Part shown: positions 24,813 through 38,744 of the stretch, in pieces
Numbering within the stretch: position 1 is the first letter of the stretch
How the letters are laid out: every line of letters begins with the position of its first letter
NCBI GenBank assembly: GCA_951406725.2
Contig: OX597817.1
Span: forward strand, 115,692,001-115,756,000
Direction: 5' to 3'
Origin: Octopus vulgaris
Taxonomy: Eukaryota
DNA: 64,000 nt
Notes under the pieces: generated by a model
Database searches by the model: none
Told to the model about the DNA's origin: nothing
The model's input: the letters and a program-made list of their open reading frames with translations, nothing else
Made by a program: the position numbers and the translations under genes

Positions 24813-26489
24813 TTAGCAATATAAATAAGAAATGGACATGTAGACAAGCACAAAACACATTTATATACATGTTGCATTATAAATGATTGCATTACATGGA
24901 GTGCTAAAGAAAATCTATTTTAGAAAAGGTGTATTTTCTAAAAATACAGCTGAGTAAGAAAAATATTGTTTATCGTGAAGGACTAGACCTAACTACACTT
25001 TAGTAATAGCGCTGCAGAATTTTTGTGAAAATCTTATTTTTTTTTTAAATACAGAAACATAAATATTCTACAGCAGAAGCAGTTACAGTAAATCTTATAT
25101 AATGAATGTAAAAAAAAGCATATTGTTAAATGTATTGCATTGCTTTATCAGCCATTGGCACAGTTATATGCAATTTACAGAGCAAGATATTTTCATGCAG
25201 ACATACTTCCTACGTTCATCGAAGATGTTTGAACTAAACTGTCATTGACAAATGTAGATATTCTAATGCTATTCTATATTTCTTATTGCATAATATAATT
25301 ATTCAAGTTCTCATGTCAGGCAATAGATGCGTATGTTTTTCTTGGCTCTGTAGTTAATGCTACCTTGTGTTTTTTTTATTTCGTGTTGTTGTTGTTTTAT
25401 GTTGGTAGTTAGTATTTTATGTAGTGTTGGTCAACACACAAAAGCATCACATACAACTTCTATGTAAAAGTTTTCCATAGCAGACACATTAAAAGTTTTC
25501 AGATATAAGGAATCATTTTTCACCTACTATCTGCTGATAGCAGTTCTTTCAAGATTCCTACGAATTCGTCACATAACTAGCTTCAATATTTCTAAATTTT
25601 TCATATCTTTTAATAAGGAAATCTTTGCAAAATCATAGCTATTAGCATTTTGTTATTCACTGAAGCTTACCAAGATCAGCATATACTGAACGTGTCAAAG
25701 TCACGGTTTCTCATAATTAACGTGTAATGTGTAACATAAAATTCACTTCTTTGAAATAACATATTTTGAAGGTAATTGTCAGCAAATATGAAGTAGAACT
25801 CAAACACCGAGGATCAAGCTTTTCGTGTTTCATTTCTATACAAAAACACTCAATTTTCAACATCATTGTCTTGTTTCAAGATTTACTTCCAGTATGATCA
25901 GTATCGTTTACATCTACTGAAGATTAATTTCATTATAAGTTTCATACAAAAAGAAAAAATCCCATTCCGACCTCAGTATTGTACTATTATCAGTATTGGA
26001 TTTTTTCTTTCTTTTTTGCACCTAGGATATTTTAAAACTATCTATCGTTGATAACATTTGAAATGTATAGATAAATTGTGATTAAGGAGAATAAAATTAC
26101 CTTCCTTTTTGATTTATTCATTTACTTGCAGTAGCAGGAAAACGCTAAATGATATTCCATACATTCGATCCACAATTTGAATGATTTTTTTCATGTACTA
26201 TGTCTAATTTTCCTTTGTAACCATTATTCACCTAGCAGGAATCAGTCACTTTGTAAATAAATTTAGGTTACAACTACATAAATGTACCCCCTCAGAATTT
26301 GTTTACTCATCTTTTTGAAAATGGGTATTTTTTAATGAAAATCATGGCAGTATTTGTTGTAAAATAATTTTCGAGGAAAGGGGAGAAGAGTTTCCGATAA
26401 TTGAGAAAACACAACTTCCATAAAATGGTAATATTTAAATAAAATTAAAACTTCGGAAAAGGGTGGTATAGTCCCCAAAGTTAAAATAT

Positions 26490-26578
<89 letters not shown>

Positions 26579-29500
26579 CTTGTCTTCTAAATCATTAGAA
26601 CGTATGACGAAAGTAAGTGAGATGCTTGAAATATCAGGCCCCACTCCACAATTCTTTTAACGTTAAACTCCGACACAGTTGTAATCTACATCATCTGAAA
26701 CGTATTTATTGAAAATTGCATTAAAGATACCTATTTTTCAGAATGATATGAGGAAACAAATTCAGGTGAGAGGCACTTTTCAGTTGTTATGCCGACGCTA
26801 AAAGTATCTTAAACTGCTTTAGATAAACATTAGTTTTATGATTAAATCATCAATTTGAATGTGTTAAAAATAATTAAAATTCTTTGAAAAACATTTTGAT
26901 AAAAAAAAAAAGATTTTTGAAAGAGGAATTTATAAGAATTTTCTAGTCTTTGCAGAGATTAACAATTGCTATATTTTTGTAAAAGTTACGTGACTGAATT
27001 TAATTAAAAAACAGCTTTCTTCATTAAAGTATGGATATTCTTGCTGGCTCAAGTGAAATGTGTTTCTTTAAGGATTTTTACCAGAGCAGTGAGTTGAATA
27101 TTTAAAAGTAATATTTATTTATTTACTACATAGTGTCAACTAGACTACTCAACCTGATAGATACACCAACCAAATCTCCCCCAAATGACATAATGTTATC
27201 TCATAAGAAGAAGCACAATGCACATAGGGCGATGTAGTCATAAATAGGCCAAAAAGGGGACGGTCATTCCAAGAACGCCTTTCATGATACATAGAAGAGT
27301 TGAGATTAAATCGAAACAAACCACCGGTGCACATTAATTGATAACGCTATATTACGCTCACCATCGTACAGTATGACGTAGGATAGTAAACCATAAAGTT
27401 AAATATCGAATTGCAATAGTAGAAAACGTATTGATATGTTACTTACGTGAGTTCCCATAATATCTTGTGTTCTGGCAGAAGAAGAATCTGAAGTCATAAG
27501 TGTACACTTTCATTTGAGAGAGGCTCATGCATTATTTCGTCATTTTCTTACAAAGAATGAGCACATGAATCATTAACCTTTACTAACATTCTGTATTATG
27601 TCACCTTATTCATGTGCTTCTTAAAAAGAAGCATAGTTCAATTCACTATTCTATGATATTTTATCGACTTGAAATATATAAATAACAAAGATGCACATTG
27701 AGTAGAAACCGAGATGAATTGCTGAAAAGATTTCAGTGCTGCATCTTTTCGTACTTGTTTTTATTTAAAATTACAGTCAACCAACATTTGGTCAGTTATA
27801 GACGTAATGGAAAGGTGATACAATTTGTATTGGCTGTCTTGTTTTAAAAGCACACACGTACTTCTAGAAATTCCCATATGTCTGACACGATGTATTTTGG
27901 AGCATATTAACATAAGGAAATTTATGAGGTTTACAAAACCATTTCATATAGGTTACTGATAAATAAACGGTTGTGTACGAAGTATGTATTTTGGGACAAA
28001 ATTTACTTTCCGACTGTTACACGTAGTAATGGAGGAAAACAGAGAAAGAAAGAGAAACGGCAGATAGGAAATACTGTGGTTAAAAAGAAGACAACAAATT
28101 CAACAGTATAAGTAGCTATGTATTTAAGCATTAAGTGAAGGAAATTGTACTGAATAAGAAAATCTAGTATGTAACTCAATATAAATGTTGCTACTGATCA
28201 AAACTATACTTATAAGTTACTTAGAGTATTCATATCAGAGAGTTAGAGGATTACTTGCCAAACAAACTGCTGCAGCACCGTTGTAAACAAATACTCAGCC
28301 ATATCTCGTGTTTTTCTGCATTTCGATTTGGCAAAAGATCATGTTTGCTAAAGGTTTTTTTCTCTTTATTTACAAGTCTGAAAGGAGAAACGCAATTCTC
28401 TTTGATTATGCATGTGCCGGGATAGACATGAGGATTAATTATTTGTTCTACAATTTCTATCGGCAATTTGCACATATGTTTCATTCATTATTCATCATTC
28501 CAAGCATCCAAAGCATCTGTATAATATTGACGGTAGTATTTTCAAATCATAAATTTTATTTGTATTATTCAAATACAATAAGGATTTAAATTGTATAATA
28601 CTACCTGATGTTCGATGTTTCACATCATTTACTCACGCACAACTATACTCACATACTCGCATGCATACATGCATATATACATACATAGATACGTACACAC
28701 TCAAAATCACACATATACCGGAAAAATTAAACTAATTCAGTATCGACTCTGATTTCATCCTTACCCCGACACCATTACTTCCAGATTGCAATGAATTCTC
28801 ACTCGACAATGCGGTATTTGGGGCAATTATAGAGTACTCTCTGATTGAAACCCTTGAAATTGCACGTAAACGTTATATCTGTTGTAGGAAACCGTTCTAA
28901 TTGCAACACTATATTGAATTTCTGAAAAACAACTTTATGCAAAATTTTCTTCCATTTTGATATCTACACGCAAAGCAAACAATAACAGAAACGAAAGATT
29001 TGATTAATTAGATGCAGAAGTATCCATATTAGGTGAACAGTTTGTTCAAGCATGTACTATATACTATTTTACAAACATTTACTATATATATTTATATAAA
29101 TAACGGGCCAATAACACATTTTTCTGGAAATCTGTTAATATGTAGTTTCACATTGTCAAGAAATTGAAAAACAAAACACTATTTCTCCTTATATCGAGCA
29201 GTTAGTGTTCGTCTTTATTTGTAATAGTTTGTTATTTTTTAGAATTATTTTACTTCCATTCTTTGGAAATTCTTAGATAGAAGAATCTTTCAGTACTTAG
29301 TATTCTTTTTAAATCAAATCTCCTGCTTAACGCAAGAGAAATAATTCTATTTTTACAATTAATTCTGCACAGGATTTAAGCTGTTCAAATCAAACCTGTC
29401 TTGTTATGTTGTGTTAATCAATTTTATGGTAAAAATAGAAAGTTTTGGTTAAAAGTCATTGCTCTTAAAATTTTTAGATTAGTTAGTGTCGGAATACGTA

Positions 29501-29699
29501 GAGAGATAAGTTTCTGTAACTATATTCATGTATTGCTAACATTTAAAAAAACTTGTGTTCATATGTTTCATATCTGCGAAAATCTTCCTGTGTTAAACAA
29601 TAAACGTCTATCTGTCTATGCATTATTTAGCAACAAAAGTAGTTTCTATACAATTAATATTAGGTTCATGAAAGATAATGTTACTATGTCTTAGAAATA

Positions 29700-32055
29700 A
29701 ATCATTTTTGATAGTTAATACATCTGGGAGAACTCTGAAAACAAGTAAATGCAGTGCGGCACACAGGATAAAGTGGTAATCCTGACGGAGGATTGGACCA
29801 GAAACACATGTGCGGACATTATTGAATCCAAATTAAGAGAGCTTCTTAAACAGACGGAGAACTTCGAAAGGCGTGGAGATTGTTTTGTACAGCATCTTGC
29901 TCTTCGACCATTCAATGTTGTGAACATAAGCGTATCTATGTACCACATGCGCAAAGCGAGTATCCAAGTTTAATCAGAAGGTTCAACATGCTATCCGAGC
30001 AAAAAAATCCTACAAAGCATGACTTGGAAGCAAGTCTCCCCTTTTGCGCATGTGTTACCTTGGGACACGAGAAATTGTCGCGGTAAAAACGTCCAAGGTT
30101 AAGTCTTGGGAAGATTTTGCTGTTAAGCTGGACACTGATTTTTTTATTGGCCAATACAGTAATTTGGCAGACCACCTATGAATTCGTAATAAGAAGCCCT
30201 TTTCCACATCTGGCATTAAATCTCAGCTGATGTTTTTTCAAACTACAAATAAGGGAGGCGGAGAAAATAATTCGCTGATCTAAAACCTTTGACAGTAAAA
30301 ATCTCTCGGAGGACACAGACGCTGCCTGAGTCTCACGACTAATCCCACAGACACTGAAATAATAGAGGCTATTAAAGAGCGTAGATATGGCTCGGCTATT
30401 AGGAAGACTCAAATTAGGCCTGAGATGTTAAAAACCTAAAACGAGAAACGCTCCACTCTGGCTGTCACGTGGATAAAGAGCAAAGCAATGCCGATAAGAT
30501 ATGATAAAACGGACGAATAATCACTGGTGTTCTAATGATAGACAAATCGTCTTATTGAGCCTCCCTGATAGAGTCTACATTAGGTTTCTCGAAAAGAAAT
30601 GTCGGGAAATTGTTGAGCTCAAATTAGCTGAGAAAACTGCGGCTTCCGTTCTGGGCGTAGTGCATTCGACCAGATATTCACTCTATGTCAGGTTTTCAAG
30701 ATGTCTTGGGAATATCTCTGAGAGCAATAGCCCACGAAAAGTTTTATGAGCGAAGGCCGCGCGTCATGCTGTGGAGTGTTTTTAAGGGAGCGGGTGCTGG
30801 AACGGTTTAGTGGGCAACTTCTAGTCTCTGAGAAGTCCTCACACGGATGTCCAGATATTCGTGTTCGGTTAAATGGTTGTAATTCGAAACCTAACAAGTG
30901 TTTTGGACATCCACGGGTATCATTATTGTCACTTCCAATTTTCATAATTTTGAGGAACTGAATTGACATACGCAGCTGTCGTTGAATCATATCAAATCAG
31001 TCATCTAAAATTTGCAAACGGCATGATGCTACTGGCTCATCAACCAAGTGATCTCCCACTTTTAGTGACTGGTTTCACTGCGGTTGCTGTAATGCAGGAA
31101 TAAGGCTTAGTTTTGCCAAGACTGAGACTATACTTCTCTCATGAAAGTCTTCCCATTGCAATCTGTATGTCGGTTATGTTTAACTATCTCGGGAGCATAT
31201 TTACGAGTGATAGGAAGCAAGAGGCTTAATTGAATGAGAATTGCAGGTGCTGGCGCGTTCATATATCAGCTCCAAATTTCGAACCTCAGAAGAGAAGATC
31301 TTGGTAAAACTGTCAAAGTTGATATCTATAATTCGTCTTTCTTATTTCTTTATTGTCCACAAGGGGCTAAACATAGAGGGGACAAACATGGACAAACAAA
31401 ATAAGTAAATCGATTACATCGACCCCAGTGCGTAAGTGCTACTTAATTTATCGATCCCGAAAGGATGTAAGGCTACGTCAACCTCAGAACGTAACGGCAG
31501 ACGAAATACCGCTAAGCATTTCGCCCAGCGTGCTAAAGTTTCTGCCAGCTCGCCGCCTGAAATTCGTCCTTCTTGCCTCTATAATTCGTCTTTCCTGCTT
31601 CTCATCATATGTGGTATTGAATGTTAAGTGATGGCCGAAGGAGTACGAACGCAAATACAAGAGGCTGAAATACAGTTACTCCGATGGATCTCTCAAGTGA
31701 CGTTACTCGACAGGTTACGTAGCTGCGAGCTCAGGGAATCAATGCAAATCGAGGTGCTACGTGGTCACATTCAAAAATAACACCTCTGGTGTTACAGGCA
31801 AATGATTAGAAAGTATCTTGAAAGAATATCAGGACACACACTTCAAGCGATGCCAATCGACAGGAGATCTAGGCGTAGACCAATAACATGCAAGTTGGAT
31901 AATATTCGAAGTCACAATTATTCAGGCTTAGGAATTTCCTCAGAAAATGGATTGGTTGTGCTTCTGATAAACTTTATTGAGGTGGTGCCTGAGATCTTTA
32001 ACCTTATGACCCTCCCCAGAATAGTTGGTAGAGAAGTTGTATTAGTGGCTGGATA
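29700..32055 (+). mobile_element. Decayed RTE-like LINE (RT and C-terminal region) interrupted by a SINE
   Basis: RQIVLLSLPDRVYIRFLEKKCREIVELKL..CGFRSGRSAFDQIFTL, NYLGSIFTSD, RTQIQEAEIQLLRWISQVTLLDRLRS and RRSRRRP. The 5' boundary is approximate. Confidence 0.85.
31342..31557 (-). mobile_element. SINE family A, well-preserved copy inserted in the RTE with a 17-bp TSD
   Basis: Reverse complement begins GGCGGCGAGCTGGCAGAAAC. TCTATAATTCGTCTTTC at 31325-31341 and 31578-31594. Confidence 0.9.
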
Positions 32056-32809
32056 CAACTTTAAAATGTTTTGTTGTTTGCCAGTGCACTCATTTCAGTT
32101 TCAACATTGCTATATGACTTTTAAAATTAAAAGTTAATAGCTAAAGGAAATTGCTCTTTCTTAATAACTTAATAATTTGTATCTTATTATATACATAGTC
32201 TAATTTGTGTTTCCATGTTTACTAATTCAATATCTGTCAATTTTTCATATTAACGAGCAAAATTTAAATTCTTTGTCATTTTACAATATCAGGTTATATA
32301 TAATATAATGTGTGTGTGTGTGTGTGTGTGTGTTCAGTTTAAATATGTGATAACATTTAAAAGAATTTTATCGTTTTAATGTTACCTCTATTTGAATTTT
32401 GAGAGGACTATATGTTGCATTAAACGCTTTTTCATTGGGAAAATTATTTAAATTTACGTTTAGCATGAGCGAATCATTTTCATATTTATTTCACTAAAAA
32501 CAGCTTTTTGACCTATCTTATTCGGCTATTAATATTTTCTTGAAATATTAGCTGAAGGCATTGTTCTTCAGAAAGTCGCTGGTGTGCTTGAGAATGCTGT
32601 TCTGTAAATTATAAAATGTTTTTTAGGAATCTGTTATACTTCTCCATGCTTTTCAACATATTCCTCGCAGCTCTTGAGAAAGTTGTTCTCGTGTATGTCG
32701 TCGTCGAATTGTATTCATATATTTTACGTATTTTTATCATCCGCCATCTTTCTCTGTGTCCTTGCCTACTTCTCTGTAAGGAGTGTTGCATTGCTTATTA
32801 ATATTTGAA

Positions 32810-33190
32810 GGCAGCGAACTGGCTGAAGCGTTAGCCTGCCGGGTGAAATGCTTATCGATATTTCGTCTGCCGTTACGTTCTGAGTTCAAATTCCGCCGAG
32901 CTCGACTTTGTCTTTCATCAATTCAGGTCGATTAAATAAGTACCAGTTATGCACTGGGGTCGATATAATCGACTTAATCCGTTTGTATGTCCTTCTTTGT
33001 CCCCTCTGTGTGTAACCCCTTGTGGGCAGTAAAGAAATAGGTATTTCGTCTGTCTTTATGTTCTGAGTTCAAATTCCGCCGAGGTCGACTTTGCCTTGCA
33101 TCCTTTCGGGGTCGATAAATTAAGTACCAGTTGCGTACTGGTGTCCCCCTCCCAAAACTTTCGGGTCTTGTACTTAGTGTAGGAAAGAAT
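32810..33190 (+). mobile_element. SINE family A dimer (full copy plus 5'-truncated copy with an alternative tail)
   Basis: The first unit ends GGGCAGTAAAGAAATA (~33039). The second restarts at GGTATTTCGTCTG..TTCTGAGTTCAAATTCCGCCGAGGTCGACTTTGCC. Confidence 0.9.
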
Positions 33191-33697
33191 ATTTGGTAAT
33201 TCGTATTTGAAAAAAACTGTAATTAGAATTATAAAAATTAAAAAATCTAAGTAAAACCTTATATATTCGGTTCAATGTAACATTGATGTTGTTATTTATT
33301 CATTTTATTTAAAAATTAAATTGCAATTGAAAAAAATTAACATTTTTCTAAAAATTCATCTAATTTAACAAACAGAATATTAATAGTTTTCATATTACAT
33401 TATTTTTAAATATGAAATATTTTTAACTATGATAGATAATAATTCTGTATATAAGGAGAAATTTTTTGGTAACATGCATGTGACATAAAATATTTTAATT
33501 TTATTTTATTATTCTTTATAAAAATATGCATAAAATTTAAAATATACATAATACATTGTATGTTTGCTTTCGGTAAAAATTCCTTGGTAATAGAATATCT
33601 GATATCTTGGATTCCACAATTTTCTAATAAAATGGAAGTTGCATATGTGAATCTAATGAATACATTAAATAAATATTTTTTCCCTTTCGTTCCCCCG

Positions 33698-33895
33698 GGT
33701 GACAAATTAGCAGAATCATTAGAATGCTGGTCAGAATACGTTCTTTACATATTTGTTCCGAAATTCTGCCGTGGTCAACTTTGCCTTTCATCCTTTCGGT
33801 GTGAATAAATTAAGTACTAGTTGTGTACTGGGCCGATCTAATCGACTGGCCCATCCCTCAAAATTTCGAGCCTTGTGCCTAGTGTACAAAAGATT
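33698..33895 (+). mobile_element. SINE family A copy, diverged
   Basis: AAATTCTGCCGTGGTCAACTTTGCCTTTCATCCTTTCGG..TAAATTAAGTAC. Confidence 0.8.
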
Positions 33896-36666
33896 ATTTG
33901 TTCCAAAATCCTGCGCTGTGGGTTTGAATCCTAATGAGGTAATTATAAACTGCTTTTATTCTATGAGGGTTGTTAAATTGTATCACTCCAGGTTAGTGGC
34001 TTTGAAGAACTGAAACACGGAACATATACCTTCCGGTATTACTTCCGTTTCTTTACTTTCTGAGTTCAAATTCATCCAATCTCACCTTCAGTGCTAGATA
34101 TTATCCTTTGCCCTGTCCAATGCTATCACTTTACACTTCGGATGGCAAGTGGTGGGGTATTGCTTTTTTTTCACTAAAAGATAAAATGACAAACATAGTT
34201 CTTTTAACTCATAATTGAAGATAGCGTGTGACGGAGGAGCAGAGAGATAGATTAAACAAACAAGTCACTTATAAAACAGATTTTCAAAGAATTTTGTTTT
34301 TACCATTGTTGCTGCCTGTGTTCAAGTTGCCTACAATATAAATACTTGAAATTAGCTTCTAAATGTGCACGAGGACATTTATAGCACTCATCTCTATCAC
34401 GTAGCTATTGTCTTTTACGATTCTCACCAATCATTCACTCCCATAATCATAAATGATTTAAATGACTATCGGCAGTGATTGTGGCGGCAAAGGTGAGTCA
34501 AAGTATATGACAGCCTAGGGTACAGAGTTAAACTATTCTGATTTTTAAATGTACAACAGGTAATGCAAATGTTACAGAGAAAAGGTGCTCGTTTCGAACA
34601 ACAGGAAAAATACAATAATTATCATAAAAAGGTAAAGCCGGCATAAAATATTGGGAAATTTGCTACAAAATGACAGCAAGTGACACAGCACTAAGTTGAA
34701 TAAGGGCCAGAAATACAAGCAAAAAGTAAATTCAAAGGAAGTAAAATGAAGTTAAAAAAAATAAGAAGAAAGAGAAGTAAGTTTGCACTTCACAGAAGGA
34801 GAAGTCAGGAACTTATTAGAAATTGATAATATAAATACACTTTTGGCAGTGAGTTCTGTCATGAATAAACAATCTATGTCGACATGAAGCATATTCCATT
34901 CATCTGTCTTCAGTTAAGGTGTGTTTAGGAAAAAAGAAAATATATACCCTGCAAGTCCGGTAAAAGTATTGAACGATTGCAAGAAAATGCACGTACCGTA
35001 TTAAAGGGGTTGAGCTATTCATCTCAAAAATTTGTTTATGATTCTGAAGGAAGAAAACATGTGCTAATGTCTTCAAGTAGTATCGACGCATCTTTTAAAG
35101 AACGGGCAGAAGAACGAAAACCAATGAACAATGAAAGTGCACGGGTTAAGTACGTAACTAAATCATTCTCAACGACCTTCAGACACACCTTTGATATGAT
35201 ATGTTCTAAAAAATAATCCAAACAGCCATGGTAACTACATCAACAGTTTGAAGAGTAGATGATAAAAGATTACAAGAAGCCTTTTCGAGAAGTGTATGAA
35301 ATAAATATTGAAAGAACATTGAGACAAGATACTGTATATATATATCAAAATGTTTGCCATTAAGCTTTCCCACTGAAAATCAAAACTTCAACATCATTGA
35401 TATCAATCAAGTATTAGGAGCTTGTCATTTATAAATGACAATTATTATTGGTAGAAGATGACATGACACACCACACACAAGTTTTACCGATGGCTCGGAG
35501 TAACAGCTTTCGTGGAAGCACAGTAAGAATTTCTACTCTGCGTAATTATGGGAAGAGAAGCAGATTTGATTTATGCATCGGCGTACAGCAGATTTTGAAT
35601 TCCTGTACCCACTTTAAATACATGAAAGTTCTACTTGAATTTCCGTTCCCCTGATTCAAATTGTATCCTTAAAACCCTCATTTCTCGTAATCAGCGAATT
35701 ATTCTCTGTTATAATCGTATAATTAATTTGTTCTAAAAGAGAGAATATCTGACAATAAAAGTTTGAAGGAAAGATCAAGAGGGGATTTCCAAAAAATGAA
35801 TAAGATTCCAAGTGTCTCAAATGCTGATAAATGTGAATCATATGTTACGTAGTCACCTATTTTGAGATAGGTGCAAGCCTTAAACTGCATTGTCATCAAA
35901 TGAGCAGCATGGCATGATTAGTTCTCAACATGAGAATGGAACAATAGAAAATGTAAAGATGGAAGCAAGGTGTACCAAAGGAAAATTAACTTGAAAAAAG
36001 TTTATGAAATCAATAATGTTACAATGAAGACTCAGCACTTCAAAATTCGTGACATATTGTCCTCAAATCATGGGAGAATAATGCACTAAAGCACAACAAT
36101 CAATTATTGAACTGTTATCCCGTTGACGTAAGAAATTACGGAAGGTTAGATTGGCGTTAGAACATAAAGTTTAGATTGATAGCGTGTAAGAAGAAAATTT
36201 ACTATAGACTCTCGCCTTGACAAAAGCAAAAGAAAAGTTCCCTTGATCCAATTATTGAACTTTTAAATTGCATGTGTCTCCTCGCCTATAATTATATTCA
36301 TGCACGTCATCTCACATGAGTAAATAACAGCCACACTCGCCTCAAAATTACTTTAACGCCTAGTGACACAACTTAAACATTCGTTCTGGAAAGAAAATAA
36401 TTTTCAGCTATATTGCATTTTTCAATGAAGCAAAATAAATTGTAAGGACTGTATTTAAAATAATGCATGTGTAATAGTCAGTACAGTGCTTTAACGAGAA
36501 GGAGGAAACCAGCTAACCGGCAAAACATCCCAAGGTGTATACTTCCAAGGCCAAGAATAATTGAGGGAATCAAAACTTTGTAGTCAAGGGATTCTTTCAA
36601 GAAATACGTCTGCAAAAATTTGCACATATGAGAAAATAACGCTTGGGTAGGTGCTTAACACACACA

Positions 36667-36701
<35 letters not shown>

Positions 36702-37028
36702 TCACACATGTATATGTATATAATATGGGCAAAAGAAGGCTTGTAGTATACTGTTCAAAGCTCCATTGCAGGCATTGGCTACCAAATGCTATCATACGTG
36801 AAATGTCTGTCACTGGATATACATTTAAAGATCAGTAAATATCTGTAAAATATATACAAAAATATTAATACAGGCTCTATTACATGCCACTACAATTGCT
36901 TCAACTCATCATTTCCAAGTTTTCATTATTTTTGAAATGTTGTCAAATGACGATGTCTTTTTTTCATGTAGGCTGAAATGTCACAGACGTTTTTATCATA
37001 GATATTTCTAGTTTTCACACTAAAAGAC

Positions 37029-37069
<41 letters not shown>

Positions 37070-37321
37070 GAGAGAGAGAAAGAAATAGACAGAGATTGAG
37101 TGATATACGAAATAGGAGACAAAAGGACAAACAAATATGATGTGAACATAAGAAATGTACTTGTAGTAAACGCTAATTCTAACCTGTCTATAACTCTGGT
37201 AATCAGTTACATTCTGAGTGTAACCAATCTCTAACAAAGCTTAAACACATGCTAAAACTAGTGAGTTCTTGTTTTCCAGGTTCTGAAATACAACCCTTGT
37301 ATTGTAACAACAGTATTTACT

Positions 37322-37597
37322 TATATATTTTCAACCAAGGTCCACATGGCCTCTGCATAACCATACACGATTTTTGGGGCTCTACGCAGCAAAACAATAA
37401 ATCGTCCACAACAATATATTCAAACTATGCAATTTAAAGTGTGAAAAACAGAAATTTTGAAAAAAATTCTATAAAACTAGTTTTTAAATATCGAATGTCT
37501 ATAGGGATCACCAGAATAAAATAATAATCAAAGGGGTTCTATATAAGAAAATGATAATCAAAGAGGTCATTAGATAAAAATAGCTGAGAACCATTAT
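37322..37597. mobile_element. Possible decayed hAT/Charlie-type MITE
   Basis: Ends TTTTCAACC and AAAATAGCTGAGAACCATTA resemble CAGTGGTTCTCAACC-type TIRs. Internal duplicated ATAATCAAAG. Confidence 0.35.
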
Positions 37598-38059
37598 AAG
37601 GTTAAAATATGTTTTTGCGAAATAGAGACTTTTATAAAGTTACTTCATATTGCTATATATCCTAAATCTGTGTAACGTTTCTATTAATTTATTTGTGTTA
37701 CCAACAAGTACATTGATATGCAAATTACGTAGTCCATACTTATGACTGTGTAAGTACGTGTAGGTTATAAATAGATAAAATCTACGATTTTCCGGAGACA
37801 AATGAGAAATCGCTTTCTTTTGATGCGTTAAAAAATGCATATATTCATAATGATCACCATTCAGGGTCAGTCTGGTAATAACTCATTTTTAACCACAGTG
37901 TTTACTGTTCAAAGTAATCTATATTACTAAAAACAGGCTTATAAATTTACCTTGCGTACTAAATTGTCCTAAATGCATAAATTGCTTCCACCATTATATG
38001 TATGTATGTATATACGTTTATCCGTATGTATTCATGTATGCATCTATCTATCTATCTTT

Positions 38060-38103
<44 letters not shown>

Positions 38104-38174
38104 ACATTGTATTATACATAAGGATATTTTTTTATTTACAATACACAAAAAACGCACGCATATATATGTTGTAT

Positions 38175-38470
38175 TCTTCTTTCGGTAGGTGATACATAAC
38201 TAGATCGCCAGTCCTACATCCGGGTATTTTTACATACCAGACACCATCTCAAGAGAGATTGCCGTCCAAGTCTTTAGACCTCTTCCTAAACATGAGGTAA
38301 ATTTATCCCGCGCCAGAAACCGACTTGTTATTTCAGTTATGCAGCTGGTTTTCTTATAAGAGATTCTCCTAGGCAAGCTGCCTTCACCTCGGCTCAGGGT
38401 GTCCTGTTTAACCCATTCCAGCTATGCAGCAGGGCATGGTCGTTACGCCATGTGTGTCGTACCTCCACAC
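38175..38470. mobile_element. Unclassified higher-GC repeat, possibly RTE-related non-autonomous
   Basis: Compositional contrast with the flanks and a GCTGCCTTC..GGCT motif resembling RTE 5' regions. No ORF. Confidence 0.3.
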
Positions 38471-38744
38471 ACCTCAATCACAGATAGAAAGATGAAGATA
38501 AAATAGGGACAAGAAAATTAAATAAATTCGGAGATGTAGAAGCACATGTACAAATACATGAGAATTAAAAAATGTTATACAATATATAAAACACAGCACT
38601 CAGAAAAATACGCACACAAAATACACACACATGATACACACACATACACATGCACACCAACATACACACTCACTCAAACTTTCGCACACGCGTTACTATC
38701 AAACATTGCTGAATTGGTCGTTGACTACAGAAGTATTCTGCCCT

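Noticed and set aside
27135-27410. Possible Tc1 DDE remnant on the minus strand
   Set aside because: Only a vague resemblance; no catalytic motif can be read with confidence.
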